Assembly: GCA_034440375.1 (NCBI GenBank)
Contig: JAWXBZ010000063.1
Coordinates: 1-26,282 of the forward strand
Direction of reading: 5' to 3'
Length of the DNA stretch: 26,282 bases
Origin: Candidatus Eiseniibacteriota bacterium
GTDB taxonomy: Bacteria; Eisenbacteria; RBG-16-71-46; JABDJR01; JAWXBZ01
Shown: piece by piece, positions 8,826 to 16,805 of the stretch
Layout of the letters: every line of letters begins with the position of its first letter
How positions within the stretch are numbered: position 1 is the first letter of the stretch
Made by a program: the position numbers and the translations under genes
Notes under the pieces: generated by a model
Databases searched by the model: none
Seen by the model: the letters and a program-made list of their open reading frames with translations, nothing else
Told to the model about the DNA's origin: nothing

Positions 8826-9124
8826 CGCCCGGGCCTGGCATTGTCGTACAGGCGCTTGCCGCCCGACTCGACAAGATCAACGATTCCCAGGATGGTGGCA
8901 TCGGCCGGTTTTCCGGTGGTCGCCGCCGTGTATCGGGCGCTCGAACCGGAAACGATCAGAACCCGTTCACCGATTCCGGCCCCGATGGAGTCGATAGCCA
9001 CCACCACGGCACCGGACGGCGCCATGTCGGCGCCGAGCGGTTGCACGGCAAGGAGTGTGAGTCCAAGGATGGCAGGATCTTTCCTGCTGGAGACGACCGT
9101 GCCGACTACGTCCGCGAGAATCAT
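8822..9124 (-). CDS. Bacterial microcompartment vertex pentamer (BMC-P, EutN/CcmL family)
   Basis: MILADVVGTVVSSRKDPAILG..LLAVQP...VVAIDSIGAGIGERVLIVSGSSAR....PADATILGIVD is the EutN/CcmL consensus. Confidence 0.93.
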   Translation of the reverse strand: MILADVVGTVVSSRKDPAILGLTLLAVQPLGADMAPSGAVVVAIDSIGAGIGERVLIVSGSSARYTAATTGKPADATILGIVDLVESGGKRLYDNARPGR

Positions 9125-9142
9125 GCCAACGGACGCTAACAG

Positions 9143-9178
9143 GAAGGGTCCGGAGCGTCAACGACGCCCGGACCCTTC
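9143..9178 (-). terminator. Strong GC-rich hairpin (terminator or attenuator) 18 nt upstream of the BMC-P start
   Basis: Minus strand GAAGGGUCCGG-GCGUC-guu-GACGC-u-CCGGACCCUUC gives 16 bp with one bulge. Only a weak U-tract (CUGUUAG) follows. Confidence 0.55.
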
Positions 9179-9349
9179 GGGCGAAGCCGCGATGGGCGTC
9201 GCTCCAGAACATGTATGAGGATGCTCTCCGCGTACGCCGGACCGAACGTCAACTTGATCCCGCACCGACGAGGGACTGTCACCACCCGATGATCGGACGG
9301 CGCAGAGAGCATCAGCTCTGCGCTGAGCCCCGAAAAGTGTCCGGGGTAC
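9143..9349 (-). ncRNA. Candidate structured RNA or regulatory leader upstream of BMC genes
   Basis: Several long helices with G-U pairs that work only on the minus strand (9301-9313 with 9220-9232; 9329-9345 with 9167-9181). Bounded by a sigma54-type promoter and a terminator-like hairpin. Confidence 0.5.
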
Positions 9350-9359
9350 CCGGGACAAT

Positions 9360-9375
9360 TGCAGGAGCCGTGCCA
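9360..9375 (-). promoter_or_regulatory. Sigma54 (RpoN) -24/-12 promoter
   Basis: Minus strand TGGCACG-GCTC-CTGCA versus consensus TGGCACG-N4-TTGCW: one mismatch, exact GG-N10-GC spacing. Predicted TSS about 9349. Confidence 0.6.
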
Positions 9376-9493
9376 GCTCCCTCGAGGACGCCGGCGTCCC
9401 TCCGGCGGCACGAGAACGAAAGTCAAACGCCTGAGAGTGACTCGTACGGGCCATCCGGCCCACCGGCCGGGGCCATGACACCCGACTCCGGTA

Positions 9494-11290
9494 TCAGCGG
9501 ACGATCAGGATCGGACGCGTGACGGTGCCATCGGGAGTGGTGAGACGAAGGAGATAGCGGCCCGATGGCAACTTTTCGGCCCGCCTGGACTCCATGTTCC
9601 AGGTCAGTATCTGATCGCCGGCTTCCTGCGGACCCAGCCGTTCGCCGGCCACCCGACGTCCGAGCACATCGAAGATGTCGACCGCGACATCCCCCCTCGA
9701 CTCCATCCGATAGGACAGATTCAGTGTCGTTCGTACCGGATTGGGATAGACCGGGCCGACCTGGAACCGCGTCAAACCTGCCGGCGTGTCGGCCGGCAAA
9801 CGGAAGGCCGCCACCGTTTCCAGGCGCCCGAAACGTTCCAGTGCGACCAGTTTCAGCATCGACGCCGCCCCCACATCGGACCGGGAGATGTCGATGGCGT
9901 AGCCAGGGCCGCCGCGAATCAACTCGCCGATCGGTCGGGCCTCGCTGTCGACATCGTCAGCCAGGAACAGCAGGAAACCGGAATGATCAACCTCTTCACT
10001 GGTCGTCCACTCGAGCCGGTAACCGCCGGCCGTTCTTGAAAGGCGACTTCCGGCCATGCGGACCGGCGTTGTGCCGGCCGCCTGGCCCGATCGATAGCGA
10101 ATGCTTCCCTCTTCCCCGGAGCCGGCATCGGACCAGATCAGGTGGAGAGTTCCATCGGCGTCGGCGAGAAGGCTCGGGCCGCGCGTTGGTCCGACGGTGG
10201 TCGTAAGACGGGTCGGCTGGACATCCCAACCGGTGTCCGTGTTGATCTGCCGGTAATACAACTCGCTGTTGCCGTGGATGTAATCCTCCCAGACGATGTT
10301 GATGGTGCCGTCCGGAGTCGTGGCCACGGCCGGATTGAGATGGTCGGCGCCGGAAAAGATGAAACGCTTCTCGTGACCGAAGCCGAGTCCCGGGAGCCAG
10401 CGTCGATACCAGATGGCCATCGGAAAGTTGGCTGGATTGTTGGGTGCCGTGTCCCGTCCATCCGACCAGGCAATGTGCAGTGAGCCGTCGATTCCCAGCG
10501 CGAGGCTCGGCCTGGCCGCGAAGCCCAGCGCCCGGCTGACGCGCACCGGCAGGGCCCGCGGCACCCCCTCCGCATCCAGTGGCATGTACCAGATTTCGGT
10601 GTTGAAATTGATGTCGGGGCCACCGTCGAGAATGCCGTCCTGCCAGACGACGTGCAGATCGCCGCTGGGGTCGATGACGACATTCGGTTGAATCGACTGG
10701 GCGGGATGATTGGTGAGGCGGCGGGGTGGCGAGAACTCCCCTCCCGGATCGCGCCGACAGTGATAGATCTCCTTGTTGCCGGAAACGGCATCGGACCAGA
10801 GCAGATGAAGGCGACCGGTGCTGCTGACACAAAGTACGGGATCGAGCGACTCCCCTTCCATGGTCGTGATCGGTTCCTCGTCTTCCCATACGCCAGGGGC
10901 GGATCGGTGCCGGTAGTAAATCTGCTCGGAACCGTCGCGCAGGTCTTCCCAGGCCAGGTGCAGATCGCCGGCCGGACCGACAGCCAGCGCGGGGTTTCGA
11001 ACCAATGAGTCGCCAAGTGACAGGACGGTCGGGTCGGTGGACCAGATGCCGAGCTCGCTTCGTTCGGCGCCGCGCACGACGGCAGCCTGTGCGCTGGACC
11101 GCTGATACCACACGACATAAAGGCGATTTTCCGGAAGGCGCACCAGGGCCTGTCGGCCGGGTGCGGTCAACGCCAACACCCCCGGTGGGGTGAGACGCGT
11201 GTCCTCGGTTGTCCAGATGGCCGCGCCGAGCGGAGTTGGGCCAGGGAGACCCGCGAGCAGGATCGCGACGGACAACCAGATGCTTGTCAT
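9494..11290 (-). CDS. Secreted repeat protein (probable beta-propeller, BNR/sialidase-like repeats) with T9SS type A/FlgD-Ig-like C-terminal domain
   Basis: Signal peptide; about 7 repeats of P-x-L-x3-(P/D)-x-G-x-L-H-L-x-W-x-D...I-Y-Y-R. Linker TPVRM...YRLEWTTSEEVDHSGF. C-terminal YPNPVRTTLNLSY...IFDVLGRRV...W...LPSGRYLLRL. Confidence 0.8.
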   Translation of the reverse strand: MTSIWLSVAILLAGLPGPTPLGAAIWTTEDTRLTPPGVLALTAPGRQALVRLPENRLYVVWYQRSSAQAAVVRGAERSELGIWSTDPTVLSLGDSLVRNPALAVGPAGDLHLAWEDLRDGSEQIYYRHRSAPGVWEDEEPITTMEGESLDPVLCVSSTGRLHLLWSDAVSGNKEIYHCRRDPGGEFSPPRRLTNHPAQSIQPNVVIDPSGDLHVVWQDGILDGGPDINFNTEIWYMPLDAEGVPRALPVRVSRALGFAARPSLALGIDGSLHIAWSDGRDTAPNNPANFPMAIWYRRWLPGLGFGHEKRFIFSGADHLNPAVATTPDGTINIVWEDYIHGNSELYYRQINTDTGWDVQPTRLTTTVGPTRGPSLLADADGTLHLIWSDAGSGEEGSIRYRSGQAAGTTPVRMAGSRLSRTAGGYRLEWTTSEEVDHSGFLLFLADDVDSEARPIGELIRGGPGYAIDISRSDVGAASMLKLVALERFGRLETVAAFRLPADTPAGLTRFQVGPVYPNPVRTTLNLSYRMESRGDVAVDIFDVLGRRVAGERLGPQEAGDQILTWNMESRRAEKLPSGRYLLRLTTPDGTVTRPILIVR

Positions 11291-14091
11291 GGCACCACCA
11301 CCAGCCGGCGGACGACCGTTCCACCGGGACCATTGGCCCGGGCGAAATAGATACCGGCCGGCACCGCGCGACCGGCGTCATCCGCGCCGTCCCAGTGGAC
11401 GCGGTGCTCCCCGGCCGGAAGTAATTGGTCCAGCAGAGTCCGAATTCGGCGTCCGACCGCATCGAACAACACGAGCGTCAGGTGGGACGACGCGGCCGTT
11501 CGGAGCGAGAGCTCCGCATTGGTACGACACGGTATCGGGGCCACCGTCAATTGCAGGGGCACGATCGGCGCCATTCCCACGCTGACCTGCCCGAGTTCGA
11601 TGGTCCCGCCGCTGCGTGTGATCGCCTCCAGCCGGTAGAGGACCGGCGCATCGGGCGCGCCCAGGTCCTTGTAACTTCCGATCGCCGCGCCGGGCAGCAC
11701 GACCATCCCCTCGTTCCGATCCGGCGCGGCCGCCAGCGCGCGCCGAAGCACCAGAGCGGCGGGGAGATCGGAAGGATCAAGTCTCCAGTCAAGTTGCACG
11801 CCATCCACCTGCCGCGATGCCTCAAGGTCGAGCAGTCGGACCGGCACTTCGGTTGATTCGACGCGAATGTTGTCAATCCACCAGCCGCGGTCGGTCACGC
11901 GCGCGGCGGTTGCGAAAAATCGGAATCGAAGTCGGGCGCTCCCGGCGAAAGCGGACAGGTCGAATTCGACCGGCTCCCACTGCGACCGTAGTCCGGTAAA
12001 AATTCCGCGGCCGCTCAAGTCGGCATCGCCCGAAAAGTAGATCTGGTCATAGCCGCCAATCGGCGTGATCGATTGCCAGGCCCCCCCGTTCACTGACATC
12101 TGGACAAACGCTCCGGCCCCCACCATCGACGACTCGGGATGCCCGATTTCGAGGAACTGGTCGATCTTGAGTCGACCGGCCGGAGGGATAAGGAACACCG
12201 GCGTTTCGAGGGAACAGTCGGTGCCGGCGGGATACCCGCCCCCGGCATTTCCGGCATGCCACGCACGGCTGCCCGTGAACGGCGCGCTGACTTCAAATCG
12301 CCAGACGTTGATACGATCGATGCGAAGCACCCGGCTCTGGAAACCGCCGGTGTTCTCGTTGAAGTCGGCCGACAATCCCTCGATATCGCCCGCACCAATG
12401 GTGATGGTCGAGTGAATCGGCACTTCCTCCCGATACGACACCCGAAGCTCGACCGGAAGGCCGTAGGGATTGGTCGGGAGTTCTCCCGTGATTCGAGCGA
12501 TCAGCGGTTCGAGTTCGTGTATCCCGGTGGCAAGAGTGCCAACGATCCGTTCCGGGACCTCCAGGACGACATGCGGATCGATACTGGCCGCCGACAGGAC
12601 GACATTGGAAACGTTGCCTCCCGTGACCAACACCGACGGGGTCAGCTCGAAACTTTCGCCCGGTTCTAGAAAACGGTCGCCGTCACCATCCCGCGGGGCC
12701 ACCCGAATGGTCTGGAGCCGTGCGATCGGCCCGGCGCCGGGACGAAGGGTGGCAGTCATCCGGCCGGAGCCGTCCGGCCCATCGAGGGCATAGACGGCGA
12801 TGCCCGTTTCCTGCCCTTCCTGGTTCCGGCTGTCGGGAATGGTAAATCGACCAAATCCCTCCCCGGTCGTCGCGCCGTTCCAGGGATCCCCCGCATCTCC
12901 GAAGCTGGGGTTGCCATTCAGATTCTCCAGCTGGAAGAGGCCATCGGCCTGTTCCAGGCCGACCTTGTAGTTGGGCGGCAGGTTGTTGGTCGGCCGAAGT
13001 TCGTTGACGTGATAGATGAGGAGCCCCTCGCCGGGGAGAAACGAATCGAATCCGATGCGTCGGCGGTTCTCGACCAGGAAATACTGAAAACCGCCGGCGC
13101 CGCCGGCGTTGAGCCGGTAGATGGCGCCTCCCAATTCCACCGGATCAATGACCACGGCCTCCTGGAGCGAGGTGACGACCACTGGAGAAAGGACGCCAAG
13201 CCTCGTCTTGCACCAGGCGTCGAGATGCGCGGGCGTCCGGGTTTGATCCAGACTCCAGCCGCCCGACATGAGCGACCAGGCGCCGAGGCCCAGTGATCGA
13301 CCGGTGGCATCGTACAAATCGGGCAGGCCCAGGAGGTGCCCAATCTCGTGGGCCATGACGCCGAGTCCGCCGCTCCAGGGCACGATTGCAAACTCGGAAA
13401 CGTTGACGCCGTCGAGATACTGCGGTTCCGGAAGGAACCAGGCCACGGCGCGCAACTCCTGGGGAGAGGACGATCCCTCTGTACCCGTACCGGTGTGCAT
13501 GACAAGCAGCAGATCGACACGCTTGTCATCATCACCGGTATCCGCCACGCCGTCGGGGCCATCGTTGTCAAACAGGGCGTAGTTCACGTCGGGATCCGCG
13601 GCGCGGGCCGCATCGCGAACCATCCCCTGCGTGTTCCGCGGATAGAAAGAAAGTCCGGCCGCACCGGCAACGTAATTCGAATAGCGCTCCGGCATTCGAT
13701 GCCAGCCGATCACCTGGCCGGCAAGGATCAGGCGACCGCCGGTATTTTCGATGTAATAGTCGGCCATGCTGCCATTCGGCAGTTCATTCCGGCTGAAGAG
13801 GCGCTTCTCGATCGCAGCCAGGTCGAGCATGTCGCCGGTGGCGGGGCGATCCATGAAGTCGGCCAGTATGACCAGCACGTTCAGCGTGACCGTCTCGTCG
13901 ACCTGAAGACGGGAGGCCACCGCCTCGCGCAGGGCCGAGGGTGGCGTCTGCCCGAACGGTTCCCATGTCATGAGATGGCGTTCGGCGGGGTCGGTGATGG
14001 AATCCAGGCGACCGGGCGTGGCCGGAACCGCCCAGGACGGGCGGGCCGTCCCGGTGAGCAGCAGTATCATGATTAGCAGTCGACGACGCAT
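11287..14091 (-). CDS. M6-family (immune inhibitor A-like) zinc metalloprotease with C-terminal FlgD-Ig/T9SS-like domain
   Basis: Signal peptide; VLVILADF.D, SMADYY.EN, HEIGHLLGLPDLYD, GLGAWSLMSGG, PAHLDAWCK..LG, YFLVENR...GFD..LPGEGLLIYHV, LEQADG. C-terminal LFDAVGRRIRTL...WDGADDAGRAVPAGIYF. Confidence 0.9.
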   Translation of the reverse strand: MRRRLLIMILLLTGTARPSWAVPATPGRLDSITDPAERHLMTWEPFGQTPPSALREAVASRLQVDETVTLNVLVILADFMDRPATGDMLDLAAIEKRLFSRNELPNGSMADYYIENTGGRLILAGQVIGWHRMPERYSNYVAGAAGLSFYPRNTQGMVRDAARAADPDVNYALFDNDGPDGVADTGDDDKRVDLLLVMHTGTGTEGSSSPQELRAVAWFLPEPQYLDGVNVSEFAIVPWSGGLGVMAHEIGHLLGLPDLYDATGRSLGLGAWSLMSGGWSLDQTRTPAHLDAWCKTRLGVLSPVVVTSLQEAVVIDPVELGGAIYRLNAGGAGGFQYFLVENRRRIGFDSFLPGEGLLIYHVNELRPTNNLPPNYKVGLEQADGLFQLENLNGNPSFGDAGDPWNGATTGEGFGRFTIPDSRNQEGQETGIAVYALDGPDGSGRMTATLRPGAGPIARLQTIRVAPRDGDGDRFLEPGESFELTPSVLVTGGNVSNVVLSAASIDPHVVLEVPERIVGTLATGIHELEPLIARITGELPTNPYGLPVELRVSYREEVPIHSTITIGAGDIEGLSADFNENTGGFQSRVLRIDRINVWRFEVSAPFTGSRAWHAGNAGGGYPAGTDCSLETPVFLIPPAGRLKIDQFLEIGHPESSMVGAGAFVQMSVNGGAWQSITPIGGYDQIYFSGDADLSGRGIFTGLRSQWEPVEFDLSAFAGSARLRFRFFATAARVTDRGWWIDNIRVESTEVPVRLLDLEASRQVDGVQLDWRLDPSDLPAALVLRRALAAAPDRNEGMVVLPGAAIGSYKDLGAPDAPVLYRLEAITRSGGTIELGQVSVGMAPIVPLQLTVAPIPCRTNAELSLRTAASSHLTLVLFDAVGRRIRTLLDQLLPAGEHRVHWDGADDAGRAVPAGIYFARANGPGGTVVRRLVVVP

Positions 14092-14160
14092 CAGACCTTC
14101 ATGACCGGCGGCAGCTGCCGGCCTCGATGAACAACCCCGTAGCTAAAAGGTACCGAACGT

Positions 14161-14703
14161 TCAGCTTCCTGGCAACCGGCGAGGACCCTGGCGCCGAATC
14201 ACCAGCGCCATGAGGATGCCCATGAACGCGCCGAACAAGAATCCCGCCGCCACGTCCCCGGGATAATGGACCCCGAGATAGACCCGCGACCAGCCGACGA
14301 GGAGGGCCACCGGCACCGTGATCGCCAGCGTCACCGGATAAAATGTACCCAGTGCCGCGCTGGCGGCGGCGCCATTGGTGGCATGATTCGAGGGGAACCC
14401 GTAGCGGCCGCCACAACGCATCACGACCCGGGCATCGATCGCGGCATGACAGGGACGGAGTCGGTGAAATGCCGGCTTCAAGATCTGCGCGGCGGCGGAA
14501 TCTCCCAGCGCCACGGCGAGGACCATGGCCAGAACGGCCCGTCGACCACGATCGCCCCTGACGGCCAGCAGGTAGATCACCCCCGCGCCGATGGCCACGC
14601 TCCAGGAGGTCCAACTGGTCACGATTGGCATCAGCCGGTCGAGCCAGGGATGAATCGCCACGCGGTTCAGCCAGTGGAAGAGGAGGACATCCAGATCGAT
14701 CAA
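14161..14703 (-). CDS. PAP2-family membrane phosphatase (possible undecaprenyl-pyrophosphate or lipid phosphatase)
   Basis: Motifs KPAFHRLRP, FPSNH and SRVYLGVHYPGD. Start placed at TTG 14703 (GGGGAG RBS, TTGA overlap with the upstream stop) rather than 14790. Confidence 0.88.
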   Translation of the reverse strand: MIDLDVLLFHWLNRVAIHPWLDRLMPIVTSWTSWSVAIGAGVIYLLAVRGDRGRRAVLAMVLAVALGDSAAAQILKPAFHRLRPCHAAIDARVVMRCGGRYGFPSNHATNGAAASAALGTFYPVTLAITVPVALLVGWSRVYLGVHYPGDVAAGFLFGAFMGILMALVIRRQGPRRLPGS

Positions 14704-16805
14704 CGGCGCTCCCCCGCGGAGGGGGGCATTGCCGACAATGTTTCCAGCTGCCTGCGGGCCGGCTTGTACTCGGGGCTCAACCGGAGGCACTCCTCCCAGG
14801 CGCGTCGCGCGCCGGCCAGATCCTTCAGCCGTGCCCGGGCCAGGCCCAGAAAATAGTGAGCTTCCACGTGGCGCGGTTCGCTTTCGATGACTCGTCCGAA
14901 CGCCTCCATCGCCTCCTGGAGTCGTTCCTCCATCAGGAGACTCTTGCCGAGCCCGAGACGGGCCGCCACATGGGTCGGCTCGATCTCGATCAACCGGCGG
15001 AAGTGCGCGGCCGAGCCGGAAAAGTCCCCTTGTCTCCCGTAGATGATCCCGGCGTTGTAACGGATCTCGACTTCATCCCCTTTTTTCGCCAGGGCCCGGT
15101 CGATATGAAAGCGGGCCCGCGTCAGATCCCCCTCGTGCTCGTACCAGGCCGCGAGGTTGTTGACCGTCCGCGGGTAGTCGGGGTCGATGGCGGCCGCCTT
15201 TTCAAACTCCTCGAGCGCCTCGCGCGAACGACTCTGTTGCATCAGGAGTACGCCGAGATTGTTGTGCCCTTCGTTGAATCGGGGATCGGCGGCGATGGCG
15301 GAGCGGTAGGCGGCTTCCGCTGGCGCCACACGCCCTTTTCCGGCCTCAACGATGCCAAGCCGAAGATAGGACTCGGCGAAAGTGTGCCGCTGCCGGAGGC
15401 GATGCGGGTCGTGGCTGACGAGGAGCACCCCGAGAACGAGCGCCCCGGCCGCGTAACGGAGCTCACCGATTCGTCCCCGACGGCATCGGGAGGTCGCGTC
15501 GACGAGGAGCCAGGCCGCCGGGACAACCAGCCACGGGATGATCGGTGCTCGAAATCGCCCGCAGACAAAGAAGATCGCGATCGAAAGACTGTAGGCCAGC
15601 ACCGAGATCGCCAGGATCCAGGGGAATCGCTTCTGTACGAAGGCGTGCACGAGGCCGGCCAGGGCCAGCGGCGCCACGGCTCCAAAAGTAAGTAGAAGAG
15701 GCCAGCGGAAGAGGATCGAGTACCGACTGAAGAAGTAAAAATCCTCGTTGTTGGGAATCTCGAATGATCCCCAGAAATAACCGATTTTCGAGAGAAGGAG
15801 CACCATGGCCTGACCAGGCGCCTTCGCGATCCAGGCGAGGCCGCGGACAAACCAGTAATCGGATACTTCCGAGGGTTTGAGCGGCCGTCCGAGTGCCTCT
15901 TCGGCAAGGCGCGTCGCGTCCCGTACGCCGCCGTACCATGTGGGGCGGAACTCTGGCGCCAACGCCGCCATGCCATCGGCCGAAGGATTGTTGCCGAGGT
16001 AGAAATTGAGCCCCCCCTGGGAGGCGATGGGCACGAAGTCCTCACCCACCGCGTAGTTTCGAATCGTCACGACTCCGATCGGGAGCGCGGTACCGGCCAG
16101 GTACAGGCCGAGCGTCGCCGCCCAGACGGTGCGGCCAAGCCGCCGCTGGCGCATCAGGAGCAGCAGAAGGAAGATCGGAGCCAGGATCAGAAAATTCGGC
16201 CGGGTGATGGCCGCGAGCCCCAGCACCAGACCGGCCAGGAATGTCGAGACGAGGGCCCCCGGTCGTCCTTCGGCTTCGACGACCGCCAGGACCCGTTCCA
16301 GCGCCAGGAGACCCAGGAATGTCTCGAGTACGACGAGAAGCAATTCGGCCTCGTAGTAAACGCTCGTCCCTAGGAACGCCGCCATGAGGCCCGCGACAAA
16401 ACCGGTTACCGGACCGAACAGCCGGGTGGCGATTCGGCCGACCAGAACGCACGACGCGGCCCCGATGGCGGCCTGCACGAGGCGAATGACCCAGTAGGAG
16501 TGATCCGAGACGAAGTAGACCGCGGCGAGAAAGTAGGCGTAGAGCGGTGCGCGGAAGAAGACCTCGGCGCCGACCCAATCGCCTCGCGCGATCTGGACGG
16601 CCCACCGGTCATGGTAGAGCGCATCCATCTGCGGATCGGCGAAAAACGGGTTGTGCTGGTATCCGATCAGGTAGATGAGCCGGATCAGGATCGCGGTCAG
16701 AAAGATTGGCGGCCCGATCCGACCCGGCCGAAAGCCGGGGCTTCTTTCCGGCTTCTCGAGCCCTCTGCTAGCATCGCCGACCATGATCGAGTCCAGCGGT
16801 GTCAT
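14700..16805 (-). CDS. GT-C fold glycosyltransferase (ArnT/PMT_2-like) with C-terminal TPR repeats
   Basis: Multi-TM N-terminal region with D-x2-Y...W-A, PLYAYFLA, GLAAITRPN, RNY, GGLNFYLGNNP, RFRAP; then about 5 TPRs (HNNLGVLL, YNAGIIY, HYFLGLAR). The start is uncertain (16805 or 16784). Confidence 0.82.
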   Translation of the reverse strand: MTPLDSIMVGDASRGLEKPERSPGFRPGRIGPPIFLTAILIRLIYLIGYQHNPFFADPQMDALYHDRWAVQIARGDWVGAEVFFRAPLYAYFLAAVYFVSDHSYWVIRLVQAAIGAASCVLVGRIATRLFGPVTGFVAGLMAAFLGTSVYYEAELLLVVLETFLGLLALERVLAVVEAEGRPGALVSTFLAGLVLGLAAITRPNFLILAPIFLLLLLMRQRRLGRTVWAATLGLYLAGTALPIGVVTIRNYAVGEDFVPIASQGGLNFYLGNNPSADGMAALAPEFRPTWYGGVRDATRLAEEALGRPLKPSEVSDYWFVRGLAWIAKAPGQAMVLLLSKIGYFWGSFEIPNNEDFYFFSRYSILFRWPLLLTFGAVAPLALAGLVHAFVQKRFPWILAISVLAYSLSIAIFFVCGRFRAPIIPWLVVPAAWLLVDATSRCRRGRIGELRYAAGALVLGVLLVSHDPHRLRQRHTFAESYLRLGIVEAGKGRVAPAEAAYRSAIAADPRFNEGHNNLGVLLMQQSRSREALEEFEKAAAIDPDYPRTVNNLAAWYEHEGDLTRARFHIDRALAKKGDEVEIRYNAGIIYGRQGDFSGSAAHFRRLIEIEPTHVAARLGLGKSLLMEERLQEAMEAFGRVIESEPRHVEAHYFLGLARARLKDLAGARRAWEECLRLSPEYKPARRQLETLSAMPPSAGERR

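Noticed and set aside
9250-9295. Plus-strand GAGGGACTG...CCCGATGA (SAM-I-like) and AACTTGATC...AGGGA (TPP-like) fragments
   Set aside because: The other conserved elements (AUC/GCAACC/GUGC for SAM-I; CUGAGA in the right order for TPP) are missing, and the orientation is antisense to the neighbouring genes.
9136-9426. 96-aa ORF (and overlapping 9158-9481, 9211-9522) in the gap before BMC-P; checked as a possible missing BMC-H or leader peptide
   Set aside because: No BMC or other recognisable motif, no RBS, and it spans the sigma54 motif and hairpins. The region is better explained as RNA structure.
9400-9426. TTGACT -35-like hexamer on the minus strand
   Set aside because: No -10 element at 16-18 nt spacing.
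9125-9493. Cobalamin riboswitch, as might be expected upstream of eut/pdu-like genes
   Set aside because: No GGGAA-GGUG, GCAACUGU or B12-box pattern was found on either strand.
9996-11462. Long alternative-frame ORFs (488 aa and 326 aa) over the propeller gene
   Set aside because: Arg/Pro/Gly-rich with no motifs; typical off-frame ORFs in high-GC DNA.
14704-14790. N-terminal extension of the PAP2 ORF
   Set aside because: It overlaps the TPR tail of the GT gene. TTG 14703 has an RBS and a 4-nt overlap.
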